A stretch of 64,000 bases of DNA from Schmidtea polychroa (taxonomy: Eukaryota): the NCBI GenBank assembly GCA_044892525.1, contig CM097885.1, forward strand, positions 31,188,001 through 31,252,000, in the 5' to 3' direction. This document shows, piece by piece, positions 23,450-38,068 of this stretch. The notes under the pieces were generated by a model, which was not told the origin of the DNA, made no database searches, and was given only the letters and a program-made list of their open reading frames with translations. Position numbers and translations under genes: made by a program. Within the stretch, counting starts at the first letter, position 1; each line of letters starts with the position of its first letter.

Positions 23450-23619
23450 AAACATTACACAAGATTATTTTGAAAAAACACGTCAAATATCTCTTAGATA
23501 AAATCTTTGATAGCGTACTAATAAAAATAAGTATGGTGAATACGTTTAGGATAATCTGTTTTCACTTAAATAATTTCTTTTATTCATTAACATTATTTTT
23601 ATTAAGTATTTTTAGATTA

Positions 23620-23910
<291 letters not shown>

Positions 23911-25140
23911 TAAAGTGATGATTTCTTGGTAGCAGCATTTATTATTTAAAACAATAAAATGATAATTTAAGCCTTTTGCTGCAAATAATGTATTTAATGA
24001 AAAGATTTTCGACTATAAGATAGTCCTTGTCAATCTCCTGAAATTTAGCAATGTTCTTCCCGAAAATACCTTTCTTTTATTTCCTTTCTCTTAATTCTCA
24101 TTGGTTCTAAATATAATATATACTTTCGTTTATTTTTTTATTTATAAAAAATTTTTTAAAATTTTATTGAAAATTAAAATTAAAATAAAATAAAATAAAT
24201 ACCATTTAAATTTTCAAAATGACACAAACTAAAAATTTTTAAATTTTTTTTTATAAAGCTTCTATAATTTCAAAATATTTTAAAATAAAGCCTCTATTTA
24301 AATATTTCAATAAATGTGTCAATTTTGATTTTTAAATCCTATCTTTTGAAAGTATATTTCCTAAAATTTTCTATATTATTTTAATTATTACTTTTTAATA
24401 CATTATATTTTTTTATTTTTTTATTAATTTCTTTATATATTGTCAGTTATTCTCAAGGTCAATGACAACAGATCAAATTCATGATTTCATTGATTTTATC
24501 TTTAGTGTTGATCTTTGGCTGTCTGTTTATGATGAGAATTGCTTTTTGATTCTGATATTTTTCCTTTGGATGTTTCCATTAGCTATGATTTCGATTGAAA
24601 TATTTTTTCTTTCTTCTGTTGACTGACACTGCCGGAGATGTCTGCCCAACGAGGATGTTCCACCAGGATCCAGCTGTTCTTTAACTCTTTGGTGCAAGTT
24701 CCTGAGTGTACTTCCAATGTAGATTTCATTGCATACCTTGCACGTGATGCAATAGACGATGTTTTTTCTAAAGCACATATCTTTCGGTGTCTGGCAGTTT
24801 TTCATTGTGAAATTGTTTTCTCTATTTATGTTGCCTGCCAGAGCCCTTCTCAATGTCCAAGATTTATGTGCTATCCGAATTGGAAGACCGTTACGTTTAA
24901 GTTCTTTCGGGATCTTGAAGTCGAGTCTGTCACTGATGAATGGGATATTCAGATAGAAATATTTCTGATTCTTTTGTGTTAATTCCCTAGATTTTTTTGG
25001 GGTATCCGTTTCTGTGTAGGATTTTATTGAAATTTGATTGTTCTTTAAAGTTTTCGTTTTTTTCCGTGCATCGATTGGCTATTCTTCGTTTCTCGTTTCT
25101 AATGACATGTATTTTCTGTATGCATAAATATTTCCTTGCG
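23911..25140 (-). mobile_element. 5'-truncated Penelope-like retroelement (RT thumb/linker + GIY-YIG endonuclease + 3' end), possibly Naiad-like
   Basis: Minus-strand reading IRNEKRRIANRC...LHRNGYP...YLNIPFISD...GLPIRIAH...NIVYCITCKVCNEIYIGSTLRNLHQRVKE; after a frameshift AILI..RQPKIN; 3' end abuts the microsatellite. Confidence 0.85.
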
Positions 25141-27456
25141 AGCTGGTTTTCTGTAGAACCCGTATTTCTCTTGTTTGAATTTTGTATTTAAAAATCTATT
25201 TATAGTGTTAATATAACACAAGTTTTCGAAGCCTGTTAAATTGACTAAACTCAATATTGAAATTTACATTGAAATATATCTAAAGAGAATGTTGATTCAA
25301 TCAATAAAGTTATACAACAAATAAATAAAAATTTAAGTCTTACTGAAAACATATTCCTCAATTATCGGCATTCGCGATTTCATGATGCTTTTTGTGAAAT
25401 AGAGTTCAAGGAAACAAAAAATTGGTACATCCATATCGCAATTCAATGATATAAAGTAGACTCAAATGAAGTTATCTCACCAATATGGAGAATTGATCGA
25501 GCTTCACCAAATTTTTTTCCCAATACTGAGATCAGCTCATCCCGCTTGTTACACATACTCATCATTTTCATCAATTCAGGCACGCACGCATCTTTCTCAG
25601 GGTAAATTTTCAGTGAAATCCATAATTATTTATTCGACTACAACTCGTGATTCAAGTTCATGTGGGTTAATTTCCCGTTATTGAGCGGCATTGGCCAGTC
25701 AAAGTCTTTTCAACTTTTCCCGCGTGTCGCGTCCCATTCGTTTACGTTTGGGCTTACTAAGCCAGCTGGTGGGTAGATTTCGGTCAGCTCGGTTGGCAGA
25801 GGCCGGATTTGCTCAGTCATCTCACAATCGATGACCCGTTGGTTGAGTTGGGTCTCCAGAGTACGTACCTGAATATTTAGAGCGTGGATCTCCGTCTGAT
25901 CCTGGGCGGCTTAGAGTTGGAGTTGTTGTATGAGCACCAATCGTTTTTTTTCATTTCGGTAGGGCTGAAACAGGTGCTCTCAAGCTCCGGGCATCGCCAT
26001 TTGAACTTGGGGATTCTGGCCTGGAGTCCTTCCACTTGTTGTTGGGCTTGCTCCCGGTCTTTCGGTAAATTCTCTAGGAGTTTGAACACTAGAAAACAAA
26101 GGAAAAGCCATTAAATTCACACTTGGTAAGTCTTGACTTTCTTCCACATTCAAAATGCAATAAACGGAAATTTTATGTAAACAATCGATTAATGGGCACA
26201 CGAATCCCCTTCAATTTTAGTGGCCGTGACGAACCGGTTTGTAATTTAAGCCATTAAGCCATACCAGGGTTGAAACTATATTTCAGGTATTGAATAGTGG
26301 TAAGCAAACTGGCCACAAAATTCAATCAGTTTCTATATTTTGGTTAAATGTACCGACATCCCAACATTTGTCATGAGTTGTTTTCAAGAATCCCACAACG
26401 ATGGAATTAGCTAAATACCACCTATCTCAACCTAAGCACACGATCCCAAATCTTTAATATATTACAATCAATTGCTACTATCCAGATTCATATTTAAAGA
26501 AAAAATATAAAAAACAGCACATATACATGCGAGTAATTATTACATTGATGCCCAGAAAGTAACTACAAGGCACTAATATCAAAGTTATAAATATGTCCGT
26601 CGTATTTGAAAAGGGTTGAGGTCCCATCCTGGTTAATCACTCGTCTCAAAGGACGACCTTCCGGGGTCTCCCGCGTTTCAAGCAGTCGGCTCGTTTTTGG
26701 CCTCCTCTATTGATTTGCCGACTGCGCGGCACGAATCTGAGCCTTGACTTCCGCGACTGCCATCTCAGCCTACGAGCGGGCTTCTTTCAGCAAGTCATTG
26801 TAGGGCTCCTGCTTGACCCACACCAGGGCTCCAGGTTCTGGTCCGGTTAGGATGACTCCACCAAGATCATCCAGTCCGCCTCGCTTCCACTAGTGGATCT
26901 TTTAATAAATGTTCCATTGAATCTAAAAAATCAAATAATAAAAATACTTGTCTGCGTTTGTGTGCACATACATACCGGAATAATAATAATTTTAACAATA
27001 AACGCGCACACAGACGCCAAGAGCAAAAAATTAAATAAAAATTACAGTGCTTATTTAATAAAAATATAAATTTATTGCTCGTGAATCAATTTTATTAACT
27101 GTATATAAACTAAAAAAATTTAAAATCATGGCGAAAAAAAACAACTGGAAACATGCACGTGAGAATCCAGGCTGAATGTGATTGAATGTGAATACAGTGG
27201 CTTCGGTGATTAGACTGTACAAACAGGCAGACTGGAAAAGTGGAAGCGAAAAAGAAAAGATTGCCGTGTAGAAAGAAAATGACTTTAGATGCAAAGGAAA
27301 TTTGCTGCAAAGGATGTTGCAATTAATAATGATATAAGCGTGCCTTTGAAGAAACTAAAAGGTAAATTTAAAATTAACTAAAAATTATCAATTAAATATA
27401 TTTGAATATATTTGAAATATATTTGAAATTTATAATTTAAATCTTAGATTCTAAGA

Positions 27457-28380
27457 TCAGTAGGAAATATTTCTCAAAATATAAAAAGTTACAATCATAA
27501 AAATAATAATCGAAAATAAAATAAATAATATATAATTAGTTATTGGTGTAGTTTTATCTTTGATATCTATATTTATGCAATCTCGAAACCAGATATCATT
27601 GCGTATTTGATCCAGCTTTATTATTTCCTCTTGTTCATATGCAAGACATTTACTAACCAATTCTTTTACTTGATCGGAACACATTGTAAAATTTAATTCT
27701 CGTAAGTAAACCCCATTTTCTAATCTAAACGGTGGACATCCTTTCATGCATGTGTAAATGAGACTACCTATTGTGATTACAATACTTTTATTTACATCAC
27801 ATGTTTTTCTTTTTAACACCTCTGGGTTACAATACCCAATTGTTCCACATAACATTCTGAATTCCGGATATTCATTTTCAATATCGTAAAGTGCATCTTC
27901 GTAATCAAGAATCTTTACTTGATATGTTGATTTATTAAGCATAATATTTTGAGGTTTAATATCCAGGTGATAAATGCCTTTTTTTGCTAATTTCTCAATG
28001 GCAATAATTACATTGTATATGATTTTCTTGATACATGCTTCATGGCGTTGCTCTATTAAAATGTATTTAAATAATTCAATCCATTCACCAGTCAAATGTT
28101 CCATTACAATTGAAAATTTGTTTTGACATCGGAAATGATCAATAATTTTTGGGCAGATTTTATCATCATTGATTAATTGATTAAAATGCATTTCAACAGG
28201 AATGAGAAATGGATATTTTGAATTTGAAATGAATAATCTAGTTTTTGATTTATAAAAGCTTTTAATTACCACAGTTTTATTTGTAGCATTGCGCTTTGAA
28301 TTATTTTCAGCAATGTAAACTATACTTTTATCTGATGAATTCAGAGTTTTAATATATCTATATTTTTCAGAATTAATCAT
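27457..28380 (-). CDS. Atypical Ser/Thr protein kinase (PIM/CAMK-group-like) with C-terminal hydrophobic tail
   Basis: Intronless 307 aa; VVIK, HLDIKPQNIM, KILDYED, CGTIGYCNPE; C-terminal YILFILFSIIIFMIVTFYIL. Confidence 0.88.
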   Translation of the reverse strand: MINSEKYRYIKTLNSSDKSIVYIAENNSKRNATNKTVVIKSFYKSKTRLFISNSKYPFLIPVEMHFNQLINDDKICPKIIDHFRCQNKFSIVMEHLTGEWIELFKYILIEQRHEACIKKIIYNVIIAIEKLAKKGIYHLDIKPQNIMLNKSTYQVKILDYEDALYDIENEYPEFRMLCGTIGYCNPEVLKRKTCDVNKSIVITIGSLIYTCMKGCPPFRLENGVYLRELNFTMCSDQVKELVSKCLAYEQEEIIKLDQIRNDIWFRDCINIDIKDKTTPITNYILFILFSIIIFMIVTFYILRNISY

Positions 28381-28957
28381 TGTAATTTTTTGTTTTAATT
28401 ATGTCTTATTTAATTTTTAAATAGTTGTATTTTATGAATATTCCCTATTTATTTCTTTTATTATTGGATAAAATTAATTATGGTGGTTTTTAAATGTATA
28501 AATCTTCAATGTCTCTCTTTAATCTTTGTTAGGTTTGCGGTGAAACGTGAAATTAACAATTTTTTTTGAAACCAAAGCGTGACTTAGTGACTTATTTATA
28601 TTTTATTTTCAATTCCTTTGTCTCCATCCTGTTTCACAGAATTTTGGAACGATACGAACTTCATTTCATATAATTTCCACAGGATCATTTTACTCGGTCT
28701 AATAATTATTTAATTTTATTATTTAAATATCCTTATCATATTAAATTTAAACTAAATTTTCTTTTTAGAAAATATTCTGCAAATTATTTATTATTCTTTA
28801 TACGTCATTTCTATTGAATTTTCTATTTTCTATTAATAAAGTACAACAAATTTAAAACTACTCACAAATGAAAAGTAGTATTTTTGAATAAAACATTTTC
28901 CATTGGTTTATAATTTTCCATAAATCAATGTAAAATTTCTTTTATATTTAAAGTAAA

Positions 28958-29194
28958 ATGAACTCCCATTATAAATCTGTAACAAAAAGTTATTCTCTCG
29001 ACAGAGAATCGCTATCAGAAGCAAAAAGAATTAGTAAAGTTTTAGCCATCAATTTTAAGGGGCAACTAAATTTTGATCATCCAAAAAATCAAGGACTATT
29101 TGCAAAATCCAAACTGAAATACAATAGAGATTGTGAAAGAAATACTTACAATCCAGATTGGACTAATTTCGAAGAATGCTTCGCTAATGGTTAG
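28958..29194 (+). CDS. Uncharacterised 78 aa microprotein (paralog A)
   Basis: ATG-to-stop ORF; shares S(L/V)D.ES...KRI..VL and C-terminal DW..FE..FA.G* with the ORF at 32729. Confidence 0.6.
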   Translation: MNSHYKSVTKSYSLDRESLSEAKRISKVLAINFKGQLNFDHPKNQGLFAKSKLKYNRDCERNTYNPDWTNFEECFANG

Positions 29195-29370
29195 TAATAC
29201 ACGTATGGTTATAAAGTTATTTAACTAATATCATAATAATAATTATTATTATTGAAAAGGCGGTGTCGAAAATTCGTGAATATCAAAAAAACATCGATAT
29301 ATTTACTGATTCATAGTCAAGGCTTTTAGTAAATACAATAACATTTTAAACACGTAAATGATAAAATGAA

Positions 29371-29512
29371 ATGAAAAGATTTTCGATTGAAATGGATTGA
29401 AATGGAAATCTTTTCTATTGATTCAATCTATACTTCGCAGCAAAAGACTTATCTTATCCTTTATTTGTTTACTATTTAATTGATGCTGCCACAAAGAAAT
29501 CATCATTTTAAA
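29371..29512 (+). mobile_element. Second Penelope-like 3'-end fragment abutting (AAT)n
   Basis: gaaatcttttc...gcagcaaaag.ctt...atgctgc..c.aagaaatcatca.ttta matches the reverse complement of ~23911-24010. Confidence 0.7.
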
Positions 29513-30155
<643 letters not shown>

Positions 30156-30893
30156 ACAAAATTTCTGTTTATTAAATTATAAAATCGTTTATATCAATAA
30201 TTGAAAATACAAATGTTCACAAATAAATAATATTTAAATAAAATTTAATAACGACTTATACTTTTAATAAATCATTTCCTGTCTGAAATAATTATTAGTT
30301 TTGCAATTGACACTTGTTTTAGCATGTAATATATATAACTCCGTACTTTATTAGCTTTTATAGTGATATCTCTAATAATAATGGCTCCTCTACGTCAACA
30401 AGGTATTAAATATCGCAATATACGCGATTTTCTTATGGAGACATCTGAAAGAATTTTAGTATCTTTTAGTATTATCTAAAATTCTAATTGCCCTTGACTT
30501 ATAATCATTCTGAATTTTTGGAAAGGAACTAAATTCATATTTATTGTAGGATTATTACTTAAAATATGAATATTTTATCTTTAAAACGTTCTTCATTTAG
30601 TTTACAAAACATTTAAGCTAAAAATTTATACATGTTTATATTTAGTCTATTTTATTATAGTAGGAAGTACTCCTTTCCCTTATTATAGTATAATATTATT
30701 TTAGAATAAGGCGTGGCTTTCCAACGTATTAATATTTTTTTAACATGTATTCTAAGAAAATCTAACAACAATTAACAAATTTTCAAAATTTTTCATTTCC
30801 TTTAACATTTTTGTATCTGCAAACTTCTACAGCATTCTGTCTTGTTTATGTTCAAGTACCTCATATTCTGTTATAAGAATTAGAGCTTTAAAA

Positions 30894-31176
30894 GGTTCTA
30901 GGACAAAATGTCACCGGACAAAATGTCGTGGACAAAATATACATACTCAGAGTTTCTCCGACAAAATATTTTGTCCCCCTATGGGTATTGGTAACAAAGG
31001 TACTGATCACACTCAACATGTCGCAATGGTATATTATCAACAACAATTATACCATGACATTCTGTTCATGACATTTTGTCCGCGACATTTTGTCCAATCA
31101 CATTTTGTCCACATAATATTTTGTCCACGACATTTTGTCCGTGACACTTTGTCCGGTGACATTTTGTCCGGCCAAC
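30894..31176. mobile_element. MITE with tandem subterminal ggacaaaatgtc / gacattttgtcc motifs (MULE-like architecture)
   Basis: Inverted arrays of the same 12-mer at both ends; TSD not clean. Confidence 0.7.
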
Positions 31177-31363
31177 TTTTGAAATGTTTTAAAAGATTTA
31201 TTATGATAATATATTTATTTATTTGAAATATGAATGTAAGTGCTTGAAATATACCTTTCTATACCTAATTTATTTGTGTTTGAATTGTCGAAACCTTTAT
31301 TCCATTTCATTAACAAATTAGAAACTTTTAATACCTAAAATTAAAATCTCTTCATAAATCTCT

Positions 31364-32376
31364 TGTTGAGGATACCTAAATAACAAATTTATGAATAAAT
31401 AAATAAAATTACTTGGGGAAAATAGTCATGACAAACGGGACGATTTATGGGAACTCGGAAAAGAAAACGGAAGTAAAACGAAATGAGAAATGAGAAGGGG
31501 AATGAAACAAAAGAAAAAAGTAAAGTAAACAAAAGCAAGGTCAGTACTGATTAATTAGTACAAAAGGAAAATGAATTTCAAATTGGGAAAAACAAAAACA
31601 ACATTAAAATACTTATCTCGACAGCTTGTCAGAGATAACGGGAACAAGAAGAAAACAACCAGGAGCCGCAAAAGGGGAAATTAGAAAATATCTTGACAGC
31701 TGTCAAAGATAACTCAGTTGCAGGAAAACTTTTGTTGTAGAATAAATGGGAAATTAAAGATAAACTGAAGTGCCACAAAGTGACAAAGTATAAAAGGATG
31801 AAGTACAGCAGAATCAGTCAGAACAATTAAGAGAACAATTAAGAGAACAATTAAGAGAACAATTTGGAGAATAATTAAGGGAACAATTACGAGGAAAATA
31901 GTTAAAGGAGAATATTTGCGAGGAAACATTTGAGCCAATATATTGTGGAATGTTGCGGAACAGAGTTGCGACAGAAGATTTGAGACAGAATATTGCAACA
32001 ATGGACAGAAAACTTGAAATAATATGACGACATTTATTTGGAGAATTTGAAGAGAAATGAAGCAGAGAAACTAATCGATCGGGTCTCACTGGGCTTTGGG
32101 TTCCCTTCAGCACTCGAGGTTTCCATAGGCTTGGGCCTCCCATTACAGATTAATTAATTTGTTTTTTCGTTATAACTTTACCTTGTGAACTTGTAATTTC
32201 TGAAAATTTCATTGTAATTTCTGAATTTGTATTTCAATCTGGCATTCAACCATACCCATTTCCCCTGTTTATTTTTGGTAGATTTTAATTAATTTTGTAC
32301 TTTTATTGATTTTAACCATATATGTTATACCTTCCTTTTATATATACATATAGTGGTTTTTGTACTAACCCCAACA
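31364..32376 (+). mobile_element. LTR-like repeat family A, apparently complete solo copy (TGTTG...CCAACA)
   Basis: TG...CA termini; homology to 6062 and 38919 copies; no matching TSD seen. Confidence 0.7.
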
Positions 32377-32728
32377 AAATAATGTTCAAAATGTTCACTT
32401 GAAAAAGGCAGTACCAAAAATTCGTGAATATCAAAAACATCGATATATTTACTGATTCATAGTCTTTTTCTATTTTATTGAATTAATGTTTTTTGATAAT
32501 AATTTACTATGTAATGATTATAAGTAATAATTTTGAATTAGTTAATTTTTCAATAAAATTACTAAATTAGAAATTAATTTAAATTAATTTTATTTAAACG
32601 AATTAAAAAGTCGGAATTTTAAATTTAGAAAGATAAACTGATGTCAGTTTGCCATTTAACATTTTTCTCTTTCGCCATTGGTTTATAATTAACAATAAAT
32701 ACATCAAAAGTGCAATTATAACAATCAA

Positions 32729-32905
32729 ATGTCTACATCAGAAAAATCTGAAAAAATCAACATTTCGGTTGATATCGAATCAGTGTATAGTAAAAAACGA
32801 ATCAAAGAAGTTTTAACTATGCGCAGTTTGGGGAAATCGGATTTGCCATTATCGTTCCGTCAATCTGATTGGGTTAAATTTGAAGGACGCTTTGCTACTG
32901 GTTAG
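32729..32905 (+). CDS. Uncharacterised 58 aa microprotein (paralog B; below the ORF-track cutoff)
   Basis: MSTSEKSEKINISVDIESVYSKKRIKEVLTMRSLGKSDLPLSFRQSDWVKFEGRFATG*; same upstream 16-mer as paralog A. Confidence 0.6.
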   Translation: MSTSEKSEKINISVDIESVYSKKRIKEVLTMRSLGKSDLPLSFRQSDWVKFEGRFATG

Positions 32906-33641
32906 TTATGATTAAATAACATACTAAGAATTATTTAACGACTTATGGTAAGGATAATAAAAGAAATATTATTAATTTTAGTAGGAATAATATTTAATAA
33001 TATAATTAAATATAATCTATTATTTAATTTACAAATAATTTAAAATAAAGTTATTAGTGAATATCAACCTATTTCAAATACGAGGGCTAAACAAAGAAAT
33101 AAAATGGTTTTTAGTTAATTACAAGACGCTTTCAAAAAAGTAAATTTATCTTATGAAAGTTCTTCTAAATTAATGTAATTATATACAAGAAAATAATGCT
33201 TCTTGGATTTAATTTGTAGTTAGGAATGTATGAATTGAGAAAGAATGAATTGCATAAGGGCCGTCTTAAGAAACTCGGCGTCCGTGGGATACTAAAAAAT
33301 TCACAGAATAGCAAACGGGGGCGGAGTGTCCGGTAAAGTATTACAAAAGTGTCAGAACTAAACAAAAACAATTTATTATTATTAATATACAAAACAAAAA
33401 CAAAAAATTGAATTAAATAAAATTAAAAAGCCTTTAAGAACAAAAATAAACTTTAATACAAACAAGCAACAAAAGTAACTTATAATTTTACATACATGAC
33501 AACTACTTAATTATAAGAAATGACCACCCGAACATTTGTTTTATGATGTATTTGGACATTTTTCATGCAATAGTCGGGTAGGTTAAATGACTTTAGAAAT
33601 TATAGATTTTATAAACAAATTTATTAATTATATCTTTTTTG

Positions 33642-33757
<116 letters not shown>

Positions 33758-34289
33758 AGAAAAAACTATTAAAAATTTAAAACACAAGAATTTACAAGAA
33801 GGATATTGTTGTTGATGTAATTAATTTATGGTATCAAGCATTGTTGACGGTAAAAATAAAAAAAACCTTTCGCAAATGATGTTAAATGAGCATGGTGAAA
33901 GATCAGAATTACAAATATGAAAATTATGACCAAAATGAAAGATCAAAATTCATGTTTAATCAAAAATAAAATTAAGTTAACAATGAAAAAAATCAAAAAA
34001 ACAAGAACTTTCAATTAAATATAAATTAGAAATGAAATCATCAATTGCATTCAATAAATAATGAATTAATAAAAGAACGACATCAAACGCAAGTGATAAA
34101 AAATCTGTAACAAATAATTAATAGCCAAATAAATTCTTATTTAATGAAGTGAAACTCATTTGTTACAAAAATATAATCGATAATTTTCGCATTTAAACTT
34201 TTTTGGTTTTATAATACTAAAAAGTAGACCGTTGGTTACTCTGACTCCAAAAAGGTGCTTTATTAATTTCGACTTTATTATTAAGTCTC

Positions 34290-34930
34290 GGCCAACTGAT
34301 TGTTTGAGTTGGTTTCTTTGATACCATTGATCTTGTAATGGAGTTATCGACCTTTCTCTTCTCTCGGCATTTGTGGCAAATACTTCAGATTTTCTGGTAC
34401 TTTTTAAATTCGATTCAATTTTCATGTCATTTTTTATAAGTTCATCGAAATTCGAAAAATTCACGTAGCATAGTGCTTTTTTTATTTCAGGATGGACTCC
34501 AGTTATAAATGGATCTTGGAGCAGTTCTCTGATTTGTTTTACATATTTCAACTTGTTCAGGGTTTGCTTCGAAGGCTTCGTCTGCTGAAGTCTTTAAATG
34601 GTACGTGAATTCACTTACCGATTCATTTGGATTTTGCATTCTGGCATAAATATTTTGTCGCATTATCCTTTTTATATCGCCTCCCACCAATTTCATTGCC
34701 ATAGCGTCTTTGAGTTTGGTCCAATCATTTCCAACTGTCTTTTTATCCATTTGCTGCCAAGCTTCTCTTACAGCTCCTTTAAATAGAGTGGAAATCTTTG
34801 TACCATTATGGTCTGTGAGTCACAAGTTGTGACCACCCATAGGCCGAAGCGTTCATATAATAATTTCCACCTTTTTATTTGATGTTCCACTCTCAGATAC
34901 GAACTCCTTTAATGCTTCTTTTCTAACTCT
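34290..34930 (-). pseudogene. Degenerate LTR-retrotransposon gag fragment
   Basis: DWTKLKDAM...RMQNPNESVSEFTYHLK...F.TGVHPEIK pattern typical of retrotransposon gag; frameshifted. Confidence 0.75.
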
Positions 34931-37900
34931 TCAGGTCTTCTAATAATTAGTTTTTTCCCCTCAAATTCCTATGGTCAGTTTCCCTACCGATTATCTGAAT
35001 TTGGAGTTTCCTTATAATTTCCTTATAATATACCTTATAATTGGTTTTGACTTCCTTAGTTATCATTCTATAATTAGTTATTTCTGTTGACCCTTTTAGT
35101 AATTGTTTAAGTAATTGTTTATCCACACACTTTAATTTTACTTTCCAAAATTCAAAATTCAATTCAAACATGTCTAACAAAATCATTGAAGTTGCTGAAG
35201 AAGTCAAATCATCAAAAGTAATTACTGAAGTTGAAAAAACCTAACAAATGGATCAAGTTTATTCAATATATGTCATAAATAAATGTTGCATTTCAATACT
35301 GAATTATATTATATTATAATGGTTTCAGAAATGAAAAACTTCTAGTCCCACTCAAGCTATATTTAATAAACTTTTATATTTACTAATCTTGTTAGAAACA
35401 ATTTTAAATTTTTATACAACCACTCACGTTGTCCCTTCCTTTGAGTTCACTTTTACCTCAGACGGTAATAATATCTCCTAACAATCCTGATTACTTTTTG
35501 TCTTCATCTGGCCATAGACCAAAATCTTTTACTTTTCCGCATTCATCAATCAAAATAAATTTATGATTAAAAAAAGAAATCACCCAAATAAACAAAATAC
35601 TTTACAATTCTTTTTATCTTTGCACTAATACGGAAATCCTACGAGACAGCTACACCCTCCAAATATTGTCGATTTTTATTGGTTCTATACAATTTAGACA
35701 GAGACTCATTTTGACGTCTATTCAGAAATAATTCATTGCAAAGAAAGTCATGCAAGTTATGTTGATGTAATTTTTGTAAGTATTTTATAAATATTGTTTT
35801 TTTTTTAAAATGGATAAACCAAGGAAATAAAAGTTCTCACTTTTTTATAATAAAAGTATCACTTAAATCGAGTTTGAATGTCTTAAAGTTTTGGATTGTC
35901 CTTATTTAATGCAATTATGATCTCAATTAGAAAAGACGGAAGAGCTAAAATACAAAACAAAGGTTTCCCATACAATATGATGATGGGTATTTCAGTCCAA
36001 CTTTTATTTTACACATTAATTCAACTCATAAACATTCTTTGGATTCTTCATCAATTAGTGTACGTCAAATAAATGAATTCCTGAAGTACGCTTTCAAATT
36101 AATAGCCAATTAAATTACATTGAATTATTTTTTGTTTTTTTTTCTTTAGTTGTACTTTGACAAGTTTGTTTTATGACTGAATTGTAAAATTGACAAAAAG
36201 ATTCTAAATTTTTTATATTTACATTTTAGTTTAGCTCTTTCATAATCTTATAAACCAATCTTTCGTTACGATCACGACCATTAATTCAACAAAATAACAA
36301 TTAGTTTTATCTCAACAATGGCTGATGATGTGTAAACTACAATCGCCATTTTGATCATTTCTACATTATATAATAAAACCATGGTTTATATTTTATTTCA
36401 ATTTTCAAAAAAATTATATAGTTTTAAATTTTGATTAATTAAAACAAAAATTTAAAAAAAATTAACTATTTCAAAGATAGATAGTCATGCTCTTTAGTTC
36501 TCCCCAGCGCTTCATTATTTATTTGTTTTTATAAAATATCGATTTTTATTACTCTAATTAAAACATAAGTTCATTTATTTAACAGTTATAAATATAAATA
36601 TAACAATTTAAAAAAAATTTAAATAAAAGATTTTGATTGAATTATTCGAAAGTTTTATATTTCTATCTAAAGAATTCAGGTTTAAATTACTTTCTGAAAT
36701 AAATAATTTTGTAGGATTTGTCATGAATGGCGTTATCACATAACTTTTCCCGGTCCTGATTAAGAATCACTTATGTGGGTCATTCCAATGACAATATAAT
36801 GAAAAGTAATTGGGCAAATATTTATCCCCTTCATCTTAGGAGTAAGTACTGTGAGAGAGTGGATGATTGAGATAGTTAAAATAGCACATGGTACATTAAA
36901 ACATTTAATTCAATTAAGTGAATCAATGGAATTTTGTAAATTCAATTATCCAAAGAGATTAAAAATTTTAATGATTTCTTCTAGAGGATTTTAATCACTT
37001 TGATCCTTTGATCAGTTTGAAATGAGTTGGTAAAAGAATTAAAATTAAAACAATATTTTTTTAAGAATTTTGAATTTAAATAATCGGTACCTAACTATTA
37101 GTTGTTGTGAGAATCTTGGTTTGCTATTTATATCTATGTAAACGCCTACAAAATATACGTAAAATGATCATTATATATGTTGATGACGATTATAAATAAA
37201 ACAAAATTGTCAGTAATTTATTTATTTTATAAAAGATTTATTTTATAATAGATTACTGGTGTTATGTAAGTAGTATAACTATAAATAAAAATTAAATAAA
37301 CTTAATTCTTTGAAAAATACTTTGATTTTGATTTCATTTCAACTATTTTTAAAAATTATTAAATATAATTACTATGACATTTTTAAATGTTAAACCTCCT
37401 TCAAAGTAGTAATAATTTAAATAATAAGTTCAATAGTTTAAATTTAAAGTTGAATATTTTATCATTTTGACGCGTAAAGAGGCCATAGTCGCCCGAATTT
37501 AATGATTAAAGAAATTTACCGAGTTGAAAGGGTTAAATAATTATATTTAAACTTTGATTTTTCACGCTTTGATGGTGATTGCTTACGCTGTAATTGAGTT
37601 CCATTGATATTTTTATTAATTACAATTTATTTTTTTCTTTTTCTAAATGTCGTATAAAAACGGAATAAATCCCCTTAAAATTAATTTATTTTAAATGAAA
37701 TAAATCTGTTTTATATATTCATTATGTGTTATAAAATAAAATAACCGTAAAAAACTCACTCTTTTATATTCTTTCAAAATTAAAATTTCAATATGCGTGC
37801 TTAATGCTATGAAATATTTAATATTACACAAAATCACTATTACACAAAAACATTTTATTAATATTTTGGAAAAATAAAATCCTTCGATTGACCTGAAATT

Positions 37901-38068
37901 TTAAAAGAATGCATTGTTCTCGACGACGAATCTATCTGCCAAATTTCAGCTCGATCTGATTTAGAAATGAATGACAAAAGTCCCCAATAATTGTTTTGAA
38001 AATTATTTCACGATTTATTAATAAATCATATCATTATTATCATTAATATAATTTTTAACCTTGTTTAG

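Noticed and set aside
36700..37700. Candidate first exon(s) of GAD (ATGs near 36723, 36926, 37647)
   Set aside because: None gives a convincing phase-compatible donor plus GAD-like sequence
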